Assembly (NCBI GenBank): GCA_965227255.1
Contig: CBDDFS010000003.1
Location: forward strand, 27,503 to 91,502
Reading direction: 5' to 3'
Source of the DNA: Vicingaceae bacterium
GTDB taxonomy: Bacteria > Bacteroidota > Bacteroidia > Flavobacteriales_E > Vicingaceae
DNA: 64,000 bases
Shown: positions 30,780 to 38,195 of the stretch, piece by piece
How the letters are laid out: the number at the start of each line of letters is the position of its first letter
Numbering within the stretch: the first letter of the stretch is position 1
Notes under the pieces: generated by a model
Database searches by the model: none
Told to the model about the DNA's origin: nothing
Seen by the model: only the letters and a program-made list of their open reading frames with translations
Position numbers and translations under genes: made by a program

Positions 30780-33700
30780 ATGTATCTGATTTTTGACACC
30801 GAAACGACCGGTTTACCTAAGAATTATAATGCGCCGTTAACGGACTTTGATAACTGGCCTCGAATGGTTCAGTTGGCCTGGCAGTTGCATGATGAGAATG
30901 GGGAATTGATCAGTGTTGAGAACTACATTGTAAAACCAGATGGATACGAAATTCCTTTCAATGCTTCCAAGATCCATGGTATCACTACAGAAAGAGCTGA
31001 GAAACAAGGCCTTGATCTTAAGGAGGTGCTCGATAAGTTTTCAGGAGACCTGGAGAAATGTCAATTCGTTGCCGGACATAACATATCCTTCGATCTTGCC
31101 ATTGTTGGATGTGAATATCTGCGTTGCGAACTTGAGAATAAACTCGAAGGCATCAAGGATCTTGACACCAAAGATGCAGGTACGGAATATTGCGCCATCC
31201 CCGGTGGTAAAGGAGGCGGATATAAATGGCCACGATTGGATGAACTGCATAAAAAGCTTTTCGATGAAGGCTTTGATGAAGCCCATAACGCCGCTGCCGA
31301 TGTTGAGGCGACAACACGCTCCTTCCTTGAAATGATCCGTCTGGGCCTGATCGGTCCCAAAGAAACAGGTCTTGACCCCTCCTACTTTGAGGAATTCAAA
31401 GAAAAGAACCCAAAGCCATTTAAGGCTATAGGATTGAATGTTCAGCCTTATGATCCGGGAGAACTGGAAGAAAGTCAGGAGTCCGAAGAAAAAGGTCAAA
31501 GGTCAGAAGAGACATCACCAAATAACCAAATAACCGAATCACCAGACAATACTCAGGAATCTGGAATCAGGAATCAGGAATCTGAAATCTCAGAAGCTTT
31601 GTCTTCTGAGTATGTCTCCCTACACAACCATACCCAATTCTCAATTCTTCAGGCTACTTGTGAGGTAAACAATCTGATCGATAAAGCCAAAGAATTTGGT
31701 ATGAAGGCCCTTGCTATCACCGACAAGGGAAACATGTTCGGTGCATTCAAATTCCAGCAGGCAGCGAGTAAGGCAGAGATCAAACCCATCATTGGTTGCG
31801 AATTTTACGTTTGTGACGACCATACAAATAAGAGCGTTAAAGATGACGGAAACATGCTGGTTCTGCTTGCAAAGAATCAGAATGGATACCGCAACCTCTG
31901 TAAAATGAGCGCCATTTCTTTCCTCGACGGTTTCTACTATGTTCCGAGGATTGATAAAGATGTTTTATTGGAGTACAAAGAGGATCTCATTGCCTTAAGT
32001 GGCGGACTGAGAGGTGAACCTTCAAGGCTTCTATTGAATCACGGTGAAAAAAGAGCTGAAGAGTCAATTTTGTGGTACAAGGAACACTTCGGGCAAGATT
32101 ACTATCTGGAACTTCTTCGCCATGGTGTTGAAGAAGAAGATGTTTCGAATGAATTTTTTATTCGAATGTCACAAAAACATGACGTGAAAGTCATAGCTCA
32201 GAACAACGTATTTTACGTAACTCCTGACGACGCAAAGGCTCATGATATTCTGCTGTGTGTCAAGGATAATGCCAAACAGAGCACGCCCATAGGTAAAGGA
32301 CGGGACAAGAGATATGGCTTTCCAAATAATGAATTCTCTTTTAAGTCACCTGCCGAGATGTCGGAGCTTTTCAAGGATATCCCGGAGAGCATCAGCAACA
32401 TCACAGAGATTGTTGACAAGGTTGAAGAATATCAATTGAAAAGAGATGTTCTGCTTCCTGCCTTTGAAATTCCGGATGAATTTGAAACGGAAGATGATTA
32501 TCTGAAGCATTTGACCTACGAAGGTGCAAAGCAACGATATGAGGAAATCACTCCTGAGATCAAGGAAAGACTTGATTTTGAGCTGGAAACGATCAAGAAT
32601 ACCGGTTATCCCGGTTACTTCCTGATCGTGCAGGATTTCACCTCTGAAGCGCGAAAAATGGGCGTAAGTGTGGGGCCCGGCCGGGGGTCGGCAGCCGGGT
32701 CGGCTGTGGCTTATTGCATTGGAATCACAAATGTTGACCCCATCAAGTATGACCTGCTTTTCGAGCGTTTTCTCAATCCCGACAGGATATCCCTTCCTGA
32801 TATTGATATTGACTTCGATGATGAAGGACGAGGAAAGGTCATTGACTTCGTTGTGGAGAAATACGGCAAGAATCAGGTGGCTCAGATCATCACCTATGGA
32901 TCCATGGCTGCCAAATCAGCGCTTCGGGATACGGCTAGAGTACTTGAGCTTCCGTTAAGCGAAGCCGATCAATTAGCCAAGATGATGCCAGATACCAAAC
33001 TGAAGAAAATGTTTGGTATGGAAGACAAGGCGTTGAAAGAAAAACTGGGTGCTGAGCAGTTCGAAAGAGCTCAGCAAATGAAAGAAATTGCGAAAGGTAA
33101 CGACCTGCAGGCCAATACGATAAATCAAGCTACCGTACTTGAAGGTTCACTTAGAAATACAGGCACGCATGCTTGTGGTGTGATCATCACTCCGACGGAT
33201 ATGACGGAACTGATTCCGGTGGCCTCGGCCAAAGATGCCGACCTGATGGTTACTCAATATGACAACAGTGTCATTGAATCGGCAGGGATGCTGAAAATGG
33301 ACTTCCTGGGACTTAAAACCCTATCCATTATCAATCATGCTATTCGTCTCATTAAAGAAAAACACGGTGTTGAAATTGATGTAGATGAGATTCCTTTGGA
33401 TGACACCAAGACCTACGAGCTATACCAACGGGGTGAAACGAACGGAACCTTCCAGTTTGAGTCGCCTGGTATGCAGAAGCATCTGAAGGCGCTTAAACCT
33501 GATAAATTCGCCGATCTAATTGCCATGAATGCCTTGTACAGGCCAGGACCAATGGAGTATATTCCAAACTTCATTGCAAGAAAACAAGGTCGTGAGGAGA
33601 TCACTTACGATATCGATGATATGGAGGAATACCTGGCAGAAACCTATGGTATTACTGTGTATCAGGAGCAGGTGATGCTATTATCCCAAAAGTTGGCAGG

Positions 33701-35105
33701 TTTTACCAAGGGTGAAGCTGACGTTCTGCGAAAGGCCATGGGTAAGAAGATCTTCGCCCTACTGGATCAACTCAAGCCTAAGTTTCTTGAAGGGTGTGAG
33801 AAGAACGGTCATGACAAAGTGGTTGCCGAGAAGGTCTGGAAAGACTGGGAAGCCTTTGCCGCCTATGCCTTCAATAAATCGCATTCTACTTGCTACAGCG
33901 TCATTGCATTCCATACTGCTTACCTTAAAGCTAACTATCCGGCTGAATACATGGCCTCTGTGTTGACCAACAACATGAATGATATTAGCAAAGTGGCTTT
34001 CTTTATGGAAGAATGTAAGCGACTGAATATTCCCGTATTGAGTCCGGATGTAAATGAAAGTCATATTCACTTTACAGTGAACAATGAGGGAGCAATTCGT
34101 TTCGGGTTAGGGGCTGTAAAAGGAGTTGGTGAAGCGGCTGTTGAAATCATGATTCAGGAAAGAAATCAAGGCGGAGCCTTTACTTCACTCTTTGATCTGG
34201 TGCAGAGAGTAGATCTTCGTTCGGTGAATAAAAGGACGCTGGAAAGTTTGGCCATGGCCGGTGCTTTTGATGGTTTCGATAATGCACACAGGGCACAGTA
34301 CTTTGCGACCGACGAACTGGGCAGAACGGGCATTGAATTGGCAGTCAAGTTTGCAAATGCTGTCAAACAGTCAGAGAATTCCAGCCAAATAAACATGTTT
34401 GGAGAGGAAAGCAGTTACGAAGTGACAGAACCTGAATTGCCCAAAACAGAAGAATGGGGTACCATGGAATTTCTTTCCAAAGAAAAAGAAGTTGTTGGTG
34501 TATATATTTCAGGGCACCCGCTAGATGACTATAGATTGGAGATAGAGAATTTCACCAATGCCAATCTGACCTTCCTGAATCAGGTCGACTATTTCAAAGG
34601 AAGGGAGATGAAGTTTGCAGCCACAGTCACAGGATCCAGGCATGGAATGACAAAAAGAGGAAAACCATTTGGAGTGCTTACACTCGAGGATTACTCAGAG
34701 AGTCAGGAGATTTTCCTATTTGGAGAAGACTATGTTAATTTCAAGAACTACATGGTCGTGGGCTGGCATTTGTATGTTCATGGCAAAGTGATGGAGCATA
34801 AATTCAAGGAAAATGAATGGGAATTCAAGATTGCCAAAATCGAGTTACTCAGTGACCTTAGAGACAAAATGGCACGAAGCATTACCTTAAATGTTCCAGA
34901 AACCACTGTAAATGAAGATTTTGTGCAGAAAATTGGTGAGATCAGTGACAAACATAAAGGCAAGGTTCAGCTTGTGTTGAAGCTCCTCGATAAAAAGGAG
35001 AAACAAGTGGTGGAACTGCGCTCCAGAAGCAAGAAAGTGAATATAACAGATGAATTCCTTGAGGAATTATCAGGACTTAAGGAAGTCAATTATACAATCA
35101 ATTAA
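30780..35105 (+). CDS. dnaE: DNA polymerase III alpha subunit (DnaE, PHP + pol + OB) with a fused N-terminal DnaQ-like DEDDh 3'-5' exonuclease domain
   Basis: 1441 aa. Exo motifs are FDTETTG (ExoI), GHNISFD (ExoII) and HNAAADV (ExoIII) in aa 1-190. A low-complexity linker spans aa about 225-275. The PHP start is VSLHNHTQFS, followed by canonical DnaE blocks (GPGRGSAAGS, PDIDIDF, LKMDFLGL, FNKSHS). Confidence 0.9.
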   Translation: MYLIFDTETTGLPKNYNAPLTDFDNWPRMVQLAWQLHDENGELISVENYIVKPDGYEIPFNASKIHGITTERAEKQGLDLKEVLDKFSGDLEKCQFVAGHNISFDLAIVGCEYLRCELENKLEGIKDLDTKDAGTEYCAIPGGKGGGYKWPRLDELHKKLFDEGFDEAHNAAADVEATTRSFLEMIRLGLIGPKETGLDPSYFEEFKEKNPKPFKAIGLNVQPYDPGELEESQESEEKGQRSEETSPNNQITESPDNTQESGIRNQESEISEALSSEYVSLHNHTQFSILQATCEVNNLIDKAKEFGMKALAITDKGNMFGAFKFQQAASKAEIKPIIGCEFYVCDDHTNKSVKDDGNMLVLLAKNQNGYRNLCKMSAISFLDGFYYVPRIDKDVLLEYKEDLIALSGGLRGEPSRLLLNHGEKRAEESILWYKEHFGQDYYLELLRHGVEEEDVSNEFFIRMSQKHDVKVIAQNNVFYVTPDDAKAHDILLCVKDNAKQSTPIGKGRDKRYGFPNNEFSFKSPAEMSELFKDIPESISNITEIVDKVEEYQLKRDVLLPAFEIPDEFETEDDYLKHLTYEGAKQRYEEITPEIKERLDFELETIKNTGYPGYFLIVQDFTSEARKMGVSVGPGRGSAAGSAVAYCIGITNVDPIKYDLLFERFLNPDRISLPDIDIDFDDEGRGKVIDFVVEKYGKNQVAQIITYGSMAAKSALRDTARVLELPLSEADQLAKMMPDTKLKKMFGMEDKALKEKLGAEQFERAQQMKEIAKGNDLQANTINQATVLEGSLRNTGTHACGVIITPTDMTELIPVASAKDADLMVTQYDNSVIESAGMLKMDFLGLKTLSIINHAIRLIKEKHGVEIDVDEIPLDDTKTYELYQRGETNGTFQFESPGMQKHLKALKPDKFADLIAMNALYRPGPMEYIPNFIARKQGREEITYDIDDMEEYLAETYGITVYQEQVMLLSQKLAGFTKGEADVLRKAMGKKIFALLDQLKPKFLEGCEKNGHDKVVAEKVWKDWEAFAAYAFNKSHSTCYSVIAFHTAYLKANYPAEYMASVLTNNMNDISKVAFFMEECKRLNIPVLSPDVNESHIHFTVNNEGAIRFGLGAVKGVGEAAVEIMIQERNQGGAFTSLFDLVQRVDLRSVNKRTLESLAMAGAFDGFDNAHRAQYFATDELGRTGIELAVKFANAVKQSENSSQINMFGEESSYEVTEPELPKTEEWGTMEFLSKEKEVVGVYISGHPLDDYRLEIENFTNANLTFLNQVDYFKGREMKFAATVTGSRHGMTKRGKPFGVLTLEDYSESQEIFLFGEDYVNFKNYMVVGWHLYVHGKVMEHKFKENEWEFKIAKIELLSDLRDKMARSITLNVPETTVNEDFVQKIGEISDKHKGKVQLVLKLLDKKEKQVVELRSRSKKVNITDEFLEELSGLKEVNYTIN
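31517..31589 (+). repeat. Octamer x4 then heptamer x5 array inside the dnaE exonuclease-PHP linker
   Basis: Octamers are accaaata accaaata accgaatc accagaca (31517-31548). Heptamers are aggaatc tggaatc aggaatc aggaatc tgaaatc (31555-31589). Together they encode NNQITESPDNTQESGIRNQESEIS. Confidence 0.8.
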
Positions 35106-35150
35106 CAAAGGCTGTGGATATCTAAAATTCTATGGCACGCAATTTGATAC

Positions 35151-35158
35151 TATTTTTG
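35151..35158 (+). promoter_or_regulatory. Possible Bacteroidota -7 promoter element (TAnnTTTG) for trxA
   Basis: tatttttg lies 24 nt upstream of the trxA ATG. No clear -33 TTG was found. Confidence 0.3.
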
Positions 35159-35181
35159 TAGACAAATAATTTATTAGACAA

Positions 35182-35499
35182 ATGGCTATTGAACTGACAG
35201 ACGCGAACTTCGAAGAAGTTGTATTAAAATCAGATAAACCTGTTTTGGTTGATTTCTGGGCAGAATGGTGCGGACCATGTAGAATGGTTGGTCCCATCGT
35301 TGAAGAATTGCACGGTGACTATGAGGGAAAGGCAGTTGTAGGCAAAGTAGATGTGGATAACAATCCTGGTATTTCAATGCAGTTTGGTATCCGAAACATT
35401 CCTACCATCCTCTTCTTCAAGGACGGACAGGTTGCAGACAAGCAAGTTGGTGCTGTTCCTAAGAACACATTGGCAGCTAAGATTGACAATCTGCTCTAA
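35182..35499 (+). CDS. trxA: Thioredoxin
   Basis: 105 aa with the WAEWCGPC active site. Confidence 0.95.
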   Translation: MAIELTDANFEEVVLKSDKPVLVDFWAEWCGPCRMVGPIVEELHGDYEGKAVVGKVDVDNNPGISMQFGIRNIPTILFFKDGQVADKQVGAVPKNTLAAKIDNLL

Positions 35500-35525
35500 G
35501 AGCAAATAACTTTTCGATCATAAAG

Positions 35526-35555
35526 AACCCTCTTGCGATAGCTTGAGGGTTTTTT
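35526..35555 (+). terminator. Rho-independent terminator of trxA
   Basis: The stem is aaccctc paired with gagggtt, with an extra GC pair. The hairpin is followed by ttttt. Confidence 0.7.
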
Positions 35556-35569
35556 GATGTTTATTAATT

Positions 35570-35649
35570 GGATGATGGGATGATGGGATGATGGGATGAT
35601 GGGATGATGGGATGATGGGATGATGGGATGATGGGATGATGAGATGATA
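35570..35649. repeat. Perfect octanucleotide microsatellite (GGATGATG)x9 plus one degenerate unit
   Basis: Nine identical units counted at 35570-35641, then agatgata. Lies between the convergent trxA and DUF58 genes. Confidence 0.95.
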
Positions 35650-35700
35650 GTAGAATGACATCCGAATTCCAAATTCAGTCTTCGATTATCCGAATTCTTT

Positions 35701-36621
35701 TTACGGCATTTTTTGTCGCTTAACCAGATAGGGATACAGAATCTGATGAAAACCCTGCTTTACATTGGCAGGAACAAAATCGATGCCAAAGTGAAGACAT
35801 TCCAGTTTGATATCCTCAAAATACTTCTTGGCCCTTTCCTTATAGGCCTCTTTTACCTCGGAAGGATTCAGTTTCATCTCCTCCCCGCTTTCGATATCTA
35901 CAAATCGATAGGGTCTATTGTCGAAATCAAAATCGACCTCTGTATCTTTGTCATGCACATGAAATAGAATCACTTCATGTTTGTTGTGTTTCAGGTGTCT
36001 CAAGGCAGAGAATATCTCTTCCTTTTTCTCTTTATGGTCGATCATGTCAGAGAAAATTATCACCAGTGATCTCTTATGAACTCTCTCGGCGATATCGTGC
36101 AGACATGAGGCAACAAAAGATTGATTATTCTCGGATTTCTCCTGACTCAACAGATCTCCTAAGTCCTGTAGAATGACTTTTCGCTGAACCTGGCTCGATT
36201 TGGCCTTGTAGAACTTATCTACCTTATCAGAAAAAAGACTCAATCCAATGGCATCTCTCTGCTTGCGCATCAATTCCATGATGGCCGCCGCGGCGTAAAT
36301 ACTAAATCCAATCTTATTCAGATCGTCTTTTTTATTGGGATAATACATGGAAGAACTGTGGTCGATGACAAGCTGGCAACGTAAGTTCGTTTCTTCCTCA
36401 TAATTTTTAATGAAGAGCTTTTCCGTCCTGGCAAATAGTTTCCAGTCGATATGTCGTGTCGATTCTCCGGTATTGTAAAGCCTGTGCTCGGCAAACTCAA
36501 CGCTGAAACCATGAAAGGGACTTTTATGTAGACCGGTAATAAACCCTTCAACAACCTGTCTGGCAATCAGATCTAGATGGGAATACTGTTGTACATCGGG
36601 ATGTAGGTAAAAATCCTGCAA
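35701..36621 (-). CDS. DUF58 domain protein (vWA-like, usually a MoxR partner)
   Basis: 306 aa with a TTG start. The signature H.SPFHGFSVEFAEHR.Y..G...R.IDWK..ART is typical of DUF58. Confidence 0.8.
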   Translation of the reverse strand: MQDFYLHPDVQQYSHLDLIARQVVEGFITGLHKSPFHGFSVEFAEHRLYNTGESTRHIDWKLFARTEKLFIKNYEEETNLRCQLVIDHSSSMYYPNKKDDLNKIGFSIYAAAAIMELMRKQRDAIGLSLFSDKVDKFYKAKSSQVQRKVILQDLGDLLSQEKSENNQSFVASCLHDIAERVHKRSLVIIFSDMIDHKEKKEEIFSALRHLKHNKHEVILFHVHDKDTEVDFDFDNRPYRFVDIESGEEMKLNPSEVKEAYKERAKKYFEDIKLECLHFGIDFVPANVKQGFHQILYPYLVKRQKMP

Positions 36622-36633
36622 AACAGTTCGTAT

Positions 36634-36668
36634 GTTAATTTTAAAATATGAATTGTAAATTATAAATA
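36634..36668. repeat. Heptanucleotide array, 5 units
   Basis: Units are gttaatt ttaaaat atgaatt gtaaatt ataaata. Confidence 0.65.
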
Positions 36669-36720
36669 TCGGGTAGTAAAGGTAAGGCCAAACCTCTAAT
36701 GAGACTAAATACTCAACCCC

Positions 36721-36755
36721 ATTTATAACTTATAATCTAAAATATATAATCCGAA
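36721..36755. repeat. Heptanucleotide array, 5 units
   Basis: Units are atttata acttata atctaaa atatata atccgaa, immediately 3' of the nuclease stop. Confidence 0.65.
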
Positions 36756-36758
36756 GAA

Positions 36759-37511
36759 TTATTCCTGTGGATCGAAGATGCTATTGAGTAAGGCGGCAAG
36801 TCGAATGCCTGACATAGAAAGACGATCATTTACCAGAACTATGTTCTGCTCGTAGTACTCATTAGTCAAAACTTTACCATCGAAGTCATAGGCCTGATCA
36901 AGCATTTCCTGAGATTCTTTTACCCAAACAGAAAAGTCTGTAGTAGCCCACATTTCCTTCTCTTCACTTGTAATTTTTCCCTGTAGTTCAGTTACGTAAG
37001 AATCTACCTCACTATTGTAACGAAGAATCATATCCGTATCCCATACTTTGTGCAGATTGGTTTTTTCTTCTTCACCTTCCCAACCTATTTTCGGCTTGTG
37101 TCCGCCCGCATCCTTTTTGTAACCACAATGCAGAGGAACATGAATATCACCTGCGATGTGAATAATAGACCTCAGAGCCTTGAGTTTTGCTTCCTGGCTT
37201 GCTTGAGGATTCTGCAAATTCTCAACGAATTGTGGTAATACGATCAATGCATTCTCGTCCAGGGTAGCATCCACGTATGAGTAATGCCAATGATCCTGAT
37301 TCTTGTGTTTGCTTTCATTGATCTCCGAATCGAGCCATAGACCGGCCTCCCCTATACTTTCATCACCAAGTATGGCCTTCACGGCATCCCTGGTCTTTGG
37401 TGTGAGATACTGGTCAGCTAATTTACCTGTGATCAGGTGCCCGTTCTTTCCCCATCCGTAGCTGAATTGCACACTTGCTACGGCCAATACAATCAATAAA
37501 GTCTTTTTCAT
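36759..37511 (-). CDS. S1/P1-family zinc nuclease (secreted)
   Basis: 250 aa. Signal peptide, then WGKNGH at the mature N-terminus. Contains HYSY and GD.H.PLH. All are hallmarks of S1/P1 nucleases. Confidence 0.85.
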   Translation of the reverse strand: MKKTLLIVLAVASVQFSYGWGKNGHLITGKLADQYLTPKTRDAVKAILGDESIGEAGLWLDSEINESKHKNQDHWHYSYVDATLDENALIVLPQFVENLQNPQASQEAKLKALRSIIHIAGDIHVPLHCGYKKDAGGHKPKIGWEGEEEKTNLHKVWDTDMILRYNSEVDSYVTELQGKITSEEKEMWATTDFSVWVKESQEMLDQAYDFDGKVLTNEYYEQNIVLVNDRLSMSGIRLAALLNSIFDPQE

Positions 37512-37672
37512 GCCAAAATTTTGATGTGTCTAAAGGTAGAAAAAATGTAAAAGCAGTCAAGAGTATATGTTCTCAAGTGGTTACCGGTATGCTCGTCCCC
37601 TTCCACTCTAAGAAAGATTCATTTAACACTTTTTATGACTCTCGGATTATGATTTCTAATTGTTTTTTATTT

Positions 37673-37691
37673 TACTTTGTATTTCAAAGTA
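37673..37691. promoter_or_regulatory. Perfect 7-bp dyad (TACTTTG-N5-CAAAGTA) upstream of the XrtN-system operon
   Basis: Seen 24 nt upstream of the ATG at 37715. Possible operator or 5' hairpin. Confidence 0.3.
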
Positions 37692-37714
37692 CTTTTATTT
37701 TTAAATTAAAAGCC

Positions 37715-38194
37715 ATGAAAAAAATCAGAACCGCCCTTATAATTTTCGCCACAGGACTCTTCATATCAGGACTCACCGCTTTTCCTCTGGAAAGAGAACT
37801 TCTTATTTTAAGTCATCAAATTCCGCAGGATTCTTTTTTTGGGGAATGGATATGGAAGGTCAGAGATGCGCTGGTCTTTGTAGAGATGCACTTCCCTTTT
37901 CTCTCCTATGGAACCGACTGGCTTGCATTCGCTCACATATTATTCGCTATTCTCTTCTTCGGCATATTAAAGGATCCAATTAAGAATAAATGGGTCGTGG
38001 AGTTTGGAATTATCGCCTGTGTCCTTATCTTGCCTCTTGCTCTTATTGCCGGCGATATTCGAGGGATTCCGATGTTCTGGAGATTGATCGACTGCAGTTT
38101 TGGTATTCTGGGAGTCATTCCTTTGATATATGCACTTAGACAGATCAATCTGATTCAATCAAGTAAAAACCTCAACCATCTTAAAACAAACTGA
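37715..38194 (+). CDS. Small polytopic membrane protein, first gene of the XrtN-system operon
   Basis: 159 aa from the internal ATG at 37715, with about 4 hydrophobic helices. The stop lies 1 nt before the next start. Confidence 0.65.
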   Translation: MKKIRTALIIFATGLFISGLTAFPLERELLILSHQIPQDSFFGEWIWKVRDALVFVEMHFPFLSYGTDWLAFAHILFAILFFGILKDPIKNKWVVEFGIIACVLILPLALIAGDIRGIPMFWRLIDCSFGILGVIPLIYALRQINLIQSSKNLNHLKTN

Positions 38195-38195
38195 A

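Noticed and set aside
30940-31499. ORFs overlapping the dnaE exonuclease domain on both strands
   Set aside because: The dnaE frame carries the ExoI-III motifs. The alternative frames give low-complexity translations.
35570-35649. Regular short repeats that could be mistaken for a CRISPR array
   Set aside because: The units are 8 nt long and directly abutting, with no spacers, and no cas genes are nearby. It is a microsatellite.
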